A stretch of 64,000 bases of DNA from Octopus vulgaris. Lineage: Eukaryota. The translations under genes were made by a program, and so were the position numbers. Numbering within the stretch: the stretch's first letter is position 1; each line of letters starts with the position of its first letter. Under the pieces are notes generated by a model. That model was not told the DNA's origin. It ran no database searches and saw nothing but the letters and a program-made list of their open reading frames with translations. The stretch is taken from NCBI GenBank assembly GCA_951406725.2, contig OX597827.1, forward strand, positions 72,478,001 through 72,542,000, in the 5' to 3' direction. Positions 53,081 to 60,229 of the stretch are shown here, piece after piece.

Positions 53081-54558
53081 CAGTATTTGTTCCCCCAACA
53101 TCGTTTAACAACTGATGCTGGTGTGCTTACGTCCCCATAACTTAGCGGTTCGGCAAAAGAAACCGATAGAATAATTACTAGGCTTACAAAGAATAAGTCC
53201 TGGGGTCGATTTGCTCGACTATAGGTGGTGCTCAAGTATGGCCGCAGTCAAATGACTGAAACAAGTAAAAGAGTAAAGAATATGTATTCTGAGTTCAAGC
53301 CCATCTAATGGCACCTTGGAAAAGTGGTTTTTACTATGGCCACAGTCAATCAAAGCTGTCTATTACAGAGACTACTCATGTTTTTGGATCATAGATCAAA
53401 CCTGGGGCCTAGTTTAACATCAGCAACTACCCTTTGGGTACTTTGGTGGAGCATAATCTATTACAAGTTTCCATGCTGGGTCTCCAGTTCTGAAGACATT
53501 TCCCTTCTACCCTTCCTTCAGTCTTGGAGACCCTGTGAAGAGATCATTGGTGCTGCCCTTCTATTACTGACAATGTCATAAAAATAAATACAAAATTAAG
53601 TTAAATATATTTGAATATTAAAACAAGGTAGTTGTATATTATAACAAGGAACAAAGCTTATGTTTTTAATTTTAGACTAGCGAGTCGGTGAAATAAATAC
53701 GAACATACTGTTCTCATAATAAGAATTTTTTAAAAGCTCGACTACCATGATACTCAAGTGTCATCGTGAGATCTTCACTTAAATTCTTTGATGCAGCTAT
53801 CAAATAGCTCTTCAAAAGTACCATCTGTTCGCATAGCCTTTAACCATTTCTACACACACACACACACACATATATATGCTCTTACATTAAAAATCTTATG
53901 CATGTACGTATGTATACATGCATATGTGTGCGTGACTAATTCATTTTTATACTATACATTTGGTACGCTATTCTCCAACATCGTCTTATTTGTGATATTG
54001 TTATTTGAGGAATTAATTTATGGGTACTAAATCTTAATGTTTCGAAGTCCAGTGGTTAATGTCATACCTGTTCTTGGTAACTCTTTTTATATCAAAACTG
54101 GAGATGAATTTTCTGGACCCGACACACGACTGGTTTCCTAAATGTGAGGCATCTTCTTCAATACTGCTATGCAGTTCCCTACGAATAGATGAGACATGAG
54201 CACCGTTGCCTAATACATTAGTCTCCGTTACATCAAAAGTGGTCCTCGCCGGAGAGCGAGTGCAACGGACGTGAATAGACGGTGGCTCTCCTCCAGCTAT
54301 ATGTCTAACCAACATCAATTTACTGGGGACTACATTACATGCTATACCGACAGCAGCGAGAGGAACGGCACCGCTGGGCCGTAGACAAGCATCGCCTGAA
54401 GTTTTGCTGTTATTTGGGGACTCGGTTGGTCTTTCGTCGTTAACGTCTACGTTCGTCGGCATTGCTTTACAAACATTACCGCTAAAAGCCAGACGTCTGG
54501 AGACCAACTGAGCACCATCTTGGTTATCCAGTGATCCAATCAGATGTTGTGAGGCCAT
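936..54558 (-). CDS. SFI1: SFI1 homolog (centrin-binding centriole/spindle protein), multi-exon gene, 29 coding exons in window, 3' end not seen
   Basis: Manually spliced exons all have AG/GT boundaries and consistent phases (total 4599 nt = 1533 codons). The product has periodic Trp-containing Sfi1 repeats and segments matching human SFI1 as I recall it (GRLKEIRIR-TVARK, ALWHWSTTLQRK-VFRGW, EEISHLKQLMLDYK). Confidence 0.9.
1290..1625 (-). mobile_element. RTE-clade LINE reverse transcriptase fragment
   Basis: TPGRDTTDTIFFVWQLQRKYL...LYLAFIDLEKAF; related LINE-like sequence continues to about 2560. Confidence 0.75.
3001..3899 (-). CDS. SFI1: SFI1 exon 28, large low-complexity exon ending in the C-terminal coiled coil (EEISHLKQLMLDYKQGRLRL)
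   Basis: 317-aa ORF; tttcag| acceptor, AG|GTTTGT donor, 899 nt. Confidence 0.85.
4065..4462 (-). mobile_element. tRNA-headed, hammerhead-bearing non-autonomous retroelement, fold-back insertion
   Basis: Minus-strand copy (A/B-box head about 4235-4313, body, hammerhead 4121-4166) abutted by an inverted partial copy (about 4313-4460); flanked by direct repeat TTATTATTTTAT (4053-4064, 4463-4474). Confidence 0.8.
4121..4166 (-). ncRNA. minimal type-I hammerhead ribozyme motif (intact core)
   Basis: gacac-CTGATGA-g-ggctg(gaggatatat)cagcc-GAAACGTT-gtgtt: stem I, core boxes, stem II and palindromic stem III. Confidence 0.75.
5197..5329 (-). CDS. SFI1: SFI1 exon 27 (TVPESSSRLH...RNNEEQ)
   Basis: cttttcag| acceptor, CAG|GTAATT donor, 133 nt; provides the phase 2-to-0 bridge needed. 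Confidence 0.72.
5774..6171 (+). mobile_element. non-autonomous Helitron-like element
   Basis: 5' TC preceded by A, subterminal hairpin (cctgagcaacaccggg), 3' CTAG followed by T; termini shared with 26331-26722. Confidence 0.75.
6218..6340 (-). CDS. SFI1: SFI1 exon 26 (VNQDAINNLLELTKSRPKPVCPAFILESL...)
   Basis: ttttttcag| acceptor, AG|GTGCTG donor (weak), 123 nt; RPKPxxPxFxLE resembles the RxQPRRPxFLLE motif I recall from vertebrate SFI1. Confidence 0.75.
8532..8743 (-). CDS. SFI1: SFI1 exon 25 (EALSTFCLAQKFALRWKLYVKRR...NHGSW)
   Basis: cgttgcag| acceptor, AG|GTAATA donor, 212 nt; carries the last Trp repeat. Confidence 0.87.
9732..9908 (-). CDS. SFI1: SFI1 exon 24 (VFRGWKEFV...LLRQGLQKWL...QQTQ)
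   Basis: tttttgcag| acceptor, CAG|GTTTGT donor, 177 nt. Confidence 0.92.
10028..10303 (-). mobile_element. LINE ORF2 C-terminus and 3' end (CR1/L2-group-like)
   Basis: PQLFNILPKCLRDL...FKTKLDLFLSKVPDEP...SNSL. Confidence 0.65.
11429..11578 (-). CDS. SFI1: SFI1 exon 23 (LLKMQADWF...ALWHWSTTLQRK)
   Basis: gttgcag| acceptor, AAG|GTAAGA donor, 150 nt. Confidence 0.92.
11718..11930 (+). mobile_element. abundant tRNA-derived SINE family B (representative copy)
   Basis: GGCGG(C/T)GAGCTGGCAGAA...GAGTTCAAATTCC then conserved GCCTTTCATCCTTTCGGGGTCGATAAA...AGTACC core. Other copies at about 6891-7125 +, 23800-24008 -, 45618-45851 -, 46845-47073 -, 51650-51860 +, 55340-55540 -, 62858-63085 +. Confidence 0.85.
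12325..12722 (+). mobile_element. abundant tRNA-derived SINE family A (representative copy)
   Basis: Head GGAGTGGCTGTGTGGTAAG...GGTTCAGTCCC, internal (TA)n(TG)n. Other copies at about 17175-17577 +, 18330-18717 +, 20740-21151 -, 21780-22196 -, 37855-38250 +, 52876-53278 +, 57166-57560 +, 63368-63765 +. Confidence 0.85.
14082..14242 (-). CDS. SFI1: SFI1 exon 22 (RLWRMYNVWQ...AIVHHRRKLLSKAFAAWTHW...KKK)
   Basis: attcag| acceptor, AAG|GTCAGT donor, 161 nt; canonical Sfi1 repeat AxxHHxxxLLxxAFxxW. Confidence 0.9.
14700..14758 (+). ncRNA. type-I hammerhead motif inside a fold-back element (about 14599-14770)
   Basis: ataa-CTGAAGA-gatg...tatc-c-GAA-ACTCaGAGT-T-ttat; a degenerate inverted copy lies at 14609-14666. 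Confidence 0.55.
15000..15800 (-). mobile_element. Tc1/mariner transposase remnant
   Basis: Translations GDVMPPHIF...LNSDTFVKLLE and CPPNSTNCNPMDYHVSG (degenerate WPPNSPDLNPLDY motif). Confidence 0.7.
15305..15455. repeat. 15-bp tandem repeat (GCAGCAATCCTTCTA, about 10 copies)
   Basis: Visible direct tandem units inside the transposase remnant. Confidence 0.9.
16002..16098 (-). CDS. SFI1: SFI1 exon 21 (IMFTWRAYSAIHAYKKSETRSWVATVQTTLEQ)
   Basis: ctcacag| acceptor, C|GTAAGT donor, 97 nt. Confidence 0.87.
16138..16228. repeat. compound (CAA)(CAG)(TAG)n microsatellite
   Basis: Direct reading. Confidence 0.9.
17804..17889 (+). ncRNA. degenerate hammerhead motif, long-stem-II family
   Basis: tgcag-CTGATGA-...-GAA-GTGGTCGT-C-ctgca within a repeat at about 17630-17915. 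Confidence 0.5.
17940..18325 (-). mobile_element. CR1-like LINE 3' end
   Basis: TRGHIYKI...RKYFFTLRVAEAWNKLPASVV...SFK; shorter copy at 20155-20390 (+). Confidence 0.75.
19112..19320 (-). mobile_element. Penelope-like terminal-repeat fragment with CCGACGA hammerhead variant
   Basis: Near-identical to 36773-36980; minus strand gttt-CCGACGA-a-gagc tccg ctc-GAAATGTT-aaac (19206-19240). Confidence 0.6.
20024..20126 (-). CDS. SFI1: SFI1 exon 20 (ERFRHWYTVSRHGVLDRQQEQTAAVFYNRNLLSK)
   Basis: ttttacag| acceptor, AAG|GTTTGT donor, 103 nt. Confidence 0.87.
21336..21508 (-). CDS. SFI1: SFI1 exon 19 (FHQTCQQKQLIYKRAQQHH...FSAWRLY...HKILK)
   Basis: gtgcag| acceptor, AA|GTAAGC donor, 173 nt. Confidence 0.9.
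22230..23130. mobile_element. rearranged Tc1/mariner-superfamily transposase remnant
   Basis: WP(S/A)RSPDLTVCDFFLCGYVK motif on both strands (22337-22660 -, 22926-23130 +); HTH segment SGRPSASEEVVDRIR at 22585-22845 +. Confidence 0.8.
23634..23709 (-). CDS. SFI1: SFI1 exon 18 (NRLEMLATVCYYSHIQRRCLAAWIQ)
   Basis: cttgcag| acceptor, CAG|GTATTT donor, 76 nt. Confidence 0.88.
24688..24773 (-). CDS. SFI1: SFI1 exon 17 (DEACYHRQKAALRKFFLAWRQYIEDIHN)
   Basis: ctctacag| acceptor, AT|GTAAGT donor, 86 nt. Confidence 0.88.
26147..26227 (-). CDS. SFI1: SFI1 exon 16 (AILHNNRVTMCKTLATWKKRTSQCHLV)
   Basis: ttttctcag| acceptor with AILH motif; donor GTG|GTAGGT (phase 0) is less certain. Confidence 0.78.
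26331..26722 (+). mobile_element. non-autonomous Helitron-like element
   Basis: A|TC...cccgagcaacgccggg...CTAG|T. Confidence 0.75.
27180..27261 (-). CDS. SFI1: SFI1 exon 15 (DNLTAKVFALWQEAAVKKHEVRRMEVM)
   Basis: gttgcag| acceptor, ATG|GTAAGT donor, 82 nt. Confidence 0.88.
28268..28398 (-). CDS. SFI1: SFI1 exon 14 (AQRSRAKAHFYVTILPKVFYHWTLY...AEEYWR)
   Basis: tttgcag| acceptor, AG|GTAACT donor, 131 nt. Confidence 0.88.
29403..29469 (-). CDS. SFI1: SFI1 exon 13 (LHLLQKFFDAWFHYTAWRIQCQ)
   Basis: ttccacag| acceptor, CAG|GTATGT donor, 67 nt. Confidence 0.88.
29628..29947. mobile_element. fold-back element with variant hammerhead, inserted within a tRNA-hammerhead element
   Basis: Inverted arms about 29628-29745 and 29771-29888; cta-CTGAAAA-g-gttg...caac-GAAAATTT-tag at 29768-29804. 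The host tRNA head is at about 29508-29590 and the host body resumes at about 29948. Confidence 0.65.
31072..31169 (-). CDS. SFI1: SFI1 exon 12 (LLKMSWNCWSDRLDLKYDQRLIPLTQRAQSFYR)
   Basis: ttatag| acceptor, CG|GTGAGA donor, 98 nt. Confidence 0.88.
33643..33863. mobile_element. piggyBac-like MITE
   Basis: TTAA|CCCTTTAG...CTAAAGGG|TTAA; related copies at about 42093-42674 and 51260-51480. Confidence 0.7.
34065..34157 (-). CDS. SFI1: SFI1 exon 11 (KYGMAGFYLNWNQKKRLRTLSNLCKGIHKRQ)
   Basis: cccacag| acceptor, CAG|GTATGT donor, 93 nt, phase 0-0. Confidence 0.85.
35215..35285 (-). CDS. SFI1: SFI1 exon 10 (YIEMCKQKRNQFFVAVNYYRLRLL)
   Basis: U12 branch point plus ttcag| acceptor, CTG|GTGAGC donor, 71 nt. 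Confidence 0.88.
35286..36330 (-). other. U12-type (minor spliceosome) GT-AG intron of SFI1
   Basis: 5' splice site GTATCCTTTT (36330-36321), branch site TCCTTAAT (35305-35298) about 13 nt before the CAG acceptor; the frame joins T+AT=Tyr. Confidence 0.88.
36331..36492 (-). CDS. SFI1: SFI1 exon 9 (VADRFFKEKICYQSFQAWTHQLW...MWLHWRI)
   Basis: tttttag| acceptor; ends at U12-type donor T|GTATCCTTTT; 162 nt, phase 1-1. Confidence 0.9.
36773..36980 (-). mobile_element. Penelope-like terminal-repeat fragment with CCGACGA hammerhead variant
   Basis: Minus strand gttt-CCGACGA-agagctccgctc-GAAACGTT-aagc (36874-36908). Confidence 0.6.
39051..39912. mobile_element. second fold-back copy of the tRNA-hammerhead element with a nested insertion
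   Basis: Minus body 39051-39185, unrelated insert about 39186-39648, minus tRNA head about 39660-39734, plus body with hammerhead 39791-39835; 12-bp TSD CATAGAGTAATG (39039-39050, 39913-39924). Confidence 0.8.
39791..39835 (+). ncRNA. hammerhead motif of the tRNA-headed family (stem III CpG-decayed)
   Basis: gacac-CTGATGA-a-ggctg...cagcc-GAAACATT-gtgtt. Confidence 0.6.
40169..40325 (-). CDS. SFI1: SFI1 exon 8 (AWKIWCRANE...KWMSYIALRREKTYLK)
   Basis: ggcag| acceptor; phase-1 donor T|GTATTT chosen because it preserves Trp spacing (an upstream C|GTGAGA donor is also in phase). Confidence 0.8.
40948..41050 (-). CDS. SFI1: SFI1 exon 7 (QSWSQWLREIDTAAIRKEQERIATSLYHSHILAT)
   Basis: tttacag| acceptor, ACT|GTATGT donor, 103 nt, phase 2-0. 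Confidence 0.88.
41332..41395. repeat. (GAA)n microsatellite
   Basis: About 21 perfect GAA units. Confidence 0.95.
42284..42635. mobile_element. fold-back insertion (about 140-bp arms plus 62-nt tail) nested in a piggyBac-like MITE
   Basis: Hairpin 42282-42573; 8-bp TSD AAGCATTA (42276-42283, 42636-42643); the host element is uninterrupted at 33643-33863. Confidence 0.75.
42928..43045 (-). CDS. SFI1: SFI1 exon 6 (SRYLKQRSLTLWQHYLTRRHSKSQMSLLAKDFHTHKLLR)
   Basis: aacag| acceptor, AG|GTATGG donor, 118 nt, phase 1-2. Confidence 0.85.
43892..44519. mobile_element. about 630-bp near-perfect palindromic insertion, Penelope-like terminal repeat pair
   Basis: Arms about 43892-44193 and 44216-44519 are reverse complements; each has the variant hammerhead cag-TTGAAAA-agtc(tcaat)gact-GAAACCGGTA-ctg (44327-44362 +, 44039-44074 -). 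Confidence 0.8.
44666..44760 (-). CDS. SFI1: SFI1 exon 5 (YQRRTKVLHRWKQFVLLSKEKRSKLALASSH)
   Basis: tcgcag| acceptor, C|GTAAGT donor, 95 nt, phase 2-1. Confidence 0.88.
46662..46772 (-). CDS. SFI1: SFI1 exon 4 (AHWRRCILRKTFSVWYDIWWVQRKEWRMNIRAICLL)
   Basis: ttttcag| acceptor, CA|GTAAGT donor, 111 nt; WW..EW motif. Confidence 0.9.
47554..48171. repeat. 32-bp minisatellite, about 19 copies
   Basis: Unit (A/T)GTACCCTATTTCCATATCAC(C/T)TAAGCTCCAC, head to tail, no spacers. Confidence 0.97.
48254..48325 (-). CDS. SFI1: SFI1 exon 3 (TVARKYYRKWMVAVFGSVSPAVAR)
   Basis: ttttacag| acceptor, AG|GTTTGA donor, 72 nt, phase 2-2. Confidence 0.88.
49614..50065. mobile_element. hAT-like MITE (with internal insertion)
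   Basis: TIRs CAGTGGTTCTCAAA / TTTGAGAGCCACTG; related 3' half at about 14775-14989. No clear TSD. Confidence 0.55.
50321..50503 (-). CDS. SFI1: SFI1 exon 2 (...RPGYTWNKGGRLKEIRIR)
   Basis: tcag| acceptor, AG|GTAACT donor, 183 nt; conserved GRL(K/R)E(I/L)RIR motif. Confidence 0.85.
54068..54558 (-). CDS. SFI1: SFI1 coding exon 1 (MASQHLIG...KRVTKNR), low-conservation N-terminus
   Basis: 174-aa ORF with ATG at 54558; donor CAG|GTATG at 54068/54067, phase 2, matching exon 2; X-box about 180 bp upstream. No recognisable homology. Confidence 0.65.
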
Positions 54559-54737
54559 AATTAAGGATGGTAAATATCCATGAAGTTGAATTAGATGAAA
54601 ATTCTCTGTATGATAAATAATAATAAAATAATCACAATATCAAGTAAAGCGCGTCAAAGTAATTTAGTGTTTCCAAACAGTGAAGAGTTCTTTTTCTTAA
54701 GTGTTTAACTAAATCCAAGGGAGATAATCGAGTAACG

Positions 54738-54751
54738 ATTTCCATAGCAAC
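54738..54751. promoter_or_regulatory. RFX X-box motif upstream of SFI1
   Basis: ATTTCCATAGCAAC fits the X-box consensus RTHNYYWTRRNRAC; about 180 bp upstream of the ATG of a centriolar gene. Confidence 0.6.
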
Positions 54752-55744
54752 GAATTGCCATAGAATGTCAACAAAAAAACGCATGCTAAAAGCAGTTACG
54801 AAAGCCACGAGTCTTTTCCCTTTTCCTTCTCATAAACCTGACGACTTGTTACTAAGAAATTACTTTAATCGTGAACCTTGTAGAGTCTGAGAATGGGAGT
54901 TTACAACTCGTTTTCGGTTGCTTGTTGAAGCCATTATTCTATATCGATTTTTTACAAAGGGAGAAAGCCACAAGTTTGGTAGCAAGGAGCAGCCGATTAT
55001 TTCTTCTCCAATGTTAAAGCGGTTAGCTGACAATCGTTAGCGCGGCGGACAAAATGCTAAGCGACATTTCTTGTGGCTTTACATTCTGAATTCAAATTCC
55101 ACCGAAGTCGACTTTGCCTGTTCGGAGTCAATTAAATAAGTAGCAGTATTAGGGTCAATATAATCGACCAGTCTCCTCGACCTCCAAATTTCAGGACTTG
55201 TACTTATTGTAGAAAGGATATCATCTCTAGTGTTTGAATGGTACATTATTATTTTATCAACACCGAGAAAATGAAAGACAAAGTTAACATCGGTGGTGTT
55301 TGAACTCAGAACATAAAAGCCCACGAGATATTTTGTCCTATTTCTTTATTGCCCACAAGGGGCTAAACACAGAGGGGACAAACAAGGACTGCCGACATAG
55401 GTATTAAGTCGATTACATCGACCCCAGTGCGTAACTGGTACTTAATTTATCAACCCCGAAAGGATGAAAGGCAAAGTCGACTTCAGCGGAATTTGAACTC
55501 ACAACGTAACGCAGACGAAATACCGCTAAGCATTTCGCCTTAGCGAGATATTTTGTCCGACGTTCTGTCAATGTTAACAAAATGTCAAAAAGATTTTTTA
55601 TATTCCGTGTTCAAATTCCTTCAAGGTCGATTTTGGTATTCTTCCTTCTGGATTCACTAAAATAATCGATATCAGGATTTGCTTTGTAGTACTGGAATTA
55701 ACACCACGACTTCTCCTTCCTCTATTCCGTAAATGGGAAAATCT

Positions 55745-55757
55745 GTTGCTATGGAAC
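55745..55757. promoter_or_regulatory. second X-box-like motif
   Basis: GTTGCTATGGAAC, about 1.2 kb upstream of the SFI1 ATG. Confidence 0.4.
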
Positions 55758-56024
55758 TAGACAATGTTTGGATGCACATCATGCACATCACCAGATGTTA
55801 GCACAATGCACCTGACTAGATCGAGGAACGGGTATCTAATTATTTTCCCCTATAAAAGTCATCTGTAATAATCTTAGGTTTTTTTATGTTTAACACTGCA
55901 GAAATTTAAAATAAAAAAACAAAGAAACAATATTTTAACCGAAGAGAAAAAAACACAAGTATACACTCTTTTCAATTATTTAGCCTCAGTATATGTGTGT
56001 TTGAAGCATGCATGTAATATACAT

Positions 56025-56055
<31 letters not shown>

Positions 56056-56203
56056 AGCGCAGTTGTAGTTGTGGGGTAAGACGCTTGCTTCTCAACCACA
56101 TGGTTCTGTATGGCACCTTGGGCAAGTGTGTTCCACCAAAGCCTTGTGAGTGGATTTGGTAGATGGAAACTGAAAGAAGCCAGTCGTGTATATATAGATA
56201 TAA

Positions 56204-56230
56204 ATCTATCTATCTATCTATCTATCTATA

Positions 56231-56261
<31 letters not shown>

Positions 56262-56262
56262 A

Positions 56263-56313
<51 letters not shown>
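56204..56313. repeat. (CTAT)n microsatellite
   Basis: Long interrupted CTAT tract. Confidence 0.95.
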
Positions 56314-56314
<1 letters not shown>

Positions 56315-56920
56315 ATCATCATCATTTAACGTCCGCCTTCCATGCTAGCATGGGTTGGACGATTTGACTGAGGACTGGCGAACCAGATGGCTGCACCGGA
56401 CTCCAATCTGATCTGGCAGAGTTTCTACAGCTGGATGCCCTGCCTAATGCCAACCACTCTGAGAGTGTAGTGGGTGCTTTTACGTGCCACCGGCACGAGG
56501 GCCATTCTGGCAGTACTGGCAACATCCACGCTCAAATGGTGTTTTTACGTGCCACCTGCACAGGAGTCAGTCCAGCAGCACTGGTAACGACCTCGTTCGA
56601 ATGTTTTGTTCATGTGCCACTGGCACAAGTGCCAGTAAGGCGACGCTGGTAACGATCACACTCAGATGGTGCTTTTTACGTGCCACCGGCACGGAAGCCA
56701 GACAGGTGCTCTGGCTGTGATCCCGCTCGGATGGAGCTGTTAGTGCTCCACTGGCACGGGTGTCAGTCATCGAATTTGGTTCAATTTCGATTTCACTTGC
56801 CCCAACAGGTCTTTGCAAGCAGAGTTTAGTGTCCAATGAAGTAAGGTTAGCATGGGTGCCAGTCGAATTTGGTTCGATTTCAAATTCAATTTTGATTTTG
56901 ATTTCACTTGCCTCAACAGA
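56313..56920 (-). mobile_element. RTE-associated short repeat family C with (GAT)n tail and internal ~60-bp tandem subrepeats (representative copy)
   Basis: GTTGGCGTTAGGAAGGGCATCCAGC...CATGGAAAGCGGACGTTAAA(GAT)n. Other copies at about 1700-2030, 10700-11180, 13057-13330, 19690-19960, 25750-26055, 34370-34900, 48385-48780, 61795-62141. Confidence 0.75.
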
Positions 56921-57324
56921 TATTTGTATGTGTGCTGTTGTGTCTGTGTTTGTCCCCTACCACTGCTTGACAACCAGTATTGGTGAGTTTATGTCCCCAT
57001 AACTTATCAGTTCAGCAAAAAGACTGATACAATACGTACTAGGCTTTAAAAGAGAATAAGTCCTGGGGTCAATTTGTTTGACTAAAACCCTTTAAGGTGT
57101 TGTTCTAGCATGACCTCTGTCAAAATGACTGAAGCATGTAAAAAGAATATATATAAATATATATAGGTGCAGGAGTGGCTGTGTGGTAAGTAGCTTGGTT
57201 CCCAACCACATGGTTCCAGGTTCAGTCCCACTGCATCAGCACCTTGGGCAAGTGTCTTCTATTATAGACTTAGGCTGACCAAAGCCTTGTGAGTGGACTT
57301 GGTAGACGGAAACTGAAAGAAGCC

Positions 57325-57364
<40 letters not shown>

Positions 57365-59756
57365 GTTTGTGTGCTTGTGTTTGTCCCCTCACCCTCACTT
57401 GACAACTGATGTTCGTGTGTTTACATCCCCATAACTTAGCGGTTTGGCAAAAAGAGACCGATAGAATAAGTACTAGGCTTACAAAGAATAAATCCTGGGG
57501 TCGATTTGTTTTATGAAAGGCGATGCTCCAGCATGGCTGCAGTCAAATGACTGAAACAAATACCAGAAATCTATATATATGTGTGTGATGTGTATGTTTT
57601 TTTTTTTTTTTGCTGTAGTATCAGCTCATAGCTGCGGCCATGCTGATGCACTGCTGTTACTACGAAGGGCTTCTTTCAGTTTCCGTCTACCAAATCCACT
57701 CACAAGGCTTTGGTCAGCCCGAGGCTATAGCAGAAGACACTTGCCCAAGGTACCACGCAGTGGGACTGAACCCAGAACCATGTGGTTGGTAAGCAAGCTA
57801 TTTACCACACAGCCACTCCTATGTCTCCTACGTGTATTTATATTAGATTAGAAACTCTTGTCACATTTCTAACATGATCACCTTGAGGGTACTTTTTCAA
57901 TACTCACAATAAAATAAGCATTAATTTTTGCATTTTGATGTGTTTTTTTCCTTTCTTTGCAGATTCTTTGTACCATACTGATCAAATCAGTATCAATTTT
58001 TGTCCTTTAAAAACAAGTTTAGATCAGGTCCATATCAGCCACTGCATACTGTAGGACTTCAAAAGCAGGTCTTCAGAAATAGTGGTGGCAAGGAATATTT
58101 ATTCTTTCTGTGGAAATGAAGGTTTAAGTGTCCAATCATTGCCAATGATGTCTTGGCCAGTTTTGTTCAGGAATTTTTTTTCTCTTGTAGATTCCCCTCG
58201 ATCTGGACAACCAAGTTCAGTTAATAATCTTTTCTACTCTAGGCAAAAGGCCTGGAATTTTGGAGGAGGAGGCCAGTCGATTAGATTGACTCCAGTATGC
58301 AACTGGTACTTAATTTATTGGCCCTGAAAGGAGAAAGGCAAAGTCGATCTTGGCAGAATTTGAACTCATAATGTAACAGACAAAATACCAATAAGCATTT
58401 TTCCTGGCATGCTAATGTTTCTGCCAGCTTGCCACCTTTAAGACAAGGTAAATATCCTTTTCTACTCTAAACATAAGGCCTGAAATATTTGGGGAGGGGA
58501 CCTGAATAAGTGGAAATCTGAAGGAGCAATATCTGGTGAATATGGAGGGTGGGGTAACACATCCCACCGAGCTGCAGCAATTTTTGTCTGGTTCCCAAAG
58601 CATCAAGTGCCGAAAATGAACTTTCTTATCTTCCATTTTAAAGGGTTACAGAATTAACACAAGCTATAGGAACATAGATCTTCTTCCACGAAAAGATAGC
58701 TTAAACTGTGCTCTAAATGGAGGTGTAGTCAAATCCTATTTTATGGACTCAACCATGTTCTAAATTAAGTCAAAAGGTAAGCTACTATAAATTGGTACAA
58801 ACTTTCCAGACAACCCAATATTTTTTATTATGTCCATTGTTGGTGGCAATGTTACAAAATGAACAGTCCTTTTGAAATAGAGGTATTATTATGGTGAAAG
58901 AAGATGAGTCAACAAGACTAGCTTATTTTGATACTAATTTATTTTGTAAGAATATGCCATAACATGTTATACATTACATACGTATCTGCATACAACAAAA
59001 ATCTGTTTGATGAATACAGTTTTTATAAATTTACAAAAAATATCATAAGGTCAATGAAATCTAATAAAATTTTGAAAAACAAAAGGAAAAAATCATCCAA
59101 GTTTGCATATAGAATCTTTCTCTCCTCATGCACACACACATTTTATATAATATAATATAATATTATAGTGATAGTAGGCATCCATAGGTCTCGAGAGGCC
59201 ATGGATCTGCGTCCAAAGAAATCATGTCAGCTGCTGATGGTGGCACAGTGTCTGTTGTGGTTGTACAGGCCCACACGGGAATGGCAATCATGCATACAGC
59301 GACTGCATTTGAAGGAATTCTCTGCTAACACTACTGGCTTTTGCTTCGGTTGAGTGCACTTTTCTTTGGTGGCAAGTCCCTGTTTTTCTTCTGCTCACGT
59401 CATACCATTTCACAGTATTTGGTTCTAGTGTGGGCAATCATTTGTAACCTCCTCCCATAATATATATTTTATAAGATTTAAACAATATATATGCCGAATG
59501 TAAATTTATTCACTAAGAAAGTAATATCTGATAACAGTACAGTTGTCTCAATACATTGTTGTACCTTATCAAAAGTAAGAAAGTATTACTTTAATATATG
59601 CATATATATATATATATATATAATTGAGATAGTGTTAACATGGGAGAAATCTATGTTGTCGCTATTGTAGCGAAGAATAGTATATTCTTCGCTACAATAG
59701 GGATTTCTTCCATCTTCTTGCTCTGTTAGAGTATTTGAGTAAAATTATATTAATAT

Positions 59757-59945
59757 TTCGTTTTTGGATTTGGTTTGCAAGATTCTTTATATGATTTCGT
59801 GTGTTGAAGCATATTCTGTTGAAAAGGTTGCAAGACGCAACGAAAATTTTAGGAAAATAAAAATAAGAAATAAGTGGAAATTTTACCGGTGAGTGTGTTA
59901 CATTCTAAGGCACAAAAAGAAAATGACTCTCCCCAGACACAACAG
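59757..59945. mobile_element. second copy of the 29.6-kb family, with inverted 3' segment, nested in another hammerhead element
   Basis: Shares sequence with 29771-29947; 14-bp TSD AATTATATTAATAT (59743-59756, 59946-59959). Confidence 0.7.
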
Positions 59946-59992
59946 AATTATATTAATATGTTCAACTGATTAAAATTCTATTTATTTATTTG

Positions 59993-60064
59993 TGAAGCTG
60001 ATGATAGTCCTGCATTTAAATTGATGTTCAATTAAATGGAGCCACTTGAAATGGCCATACTTCA
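59993..60064 (+). ncRNA. type-I hammerhead motif, long-stem-II family
   Basis: tgaag-CTGATGA-...hairpin...-GAA-ATGGCCAT-A-cttca; the sister copy at 17804-17889 shows a compensatory stem I change. Confidence 0.65.
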
Positions 60065-60229
60065 TGATATCCTGTTGCTTAATTTGGTATACACACACAC
60101 ACACACACATACACATATGTGTATACACACACACATACAGATATATATATAATGGTATTAAAATATTTTATGCCATTCTCTCCCATCTTTGACACTTCAC
60201 TGATATTTCATAAAATGTTATTGTTGCTT

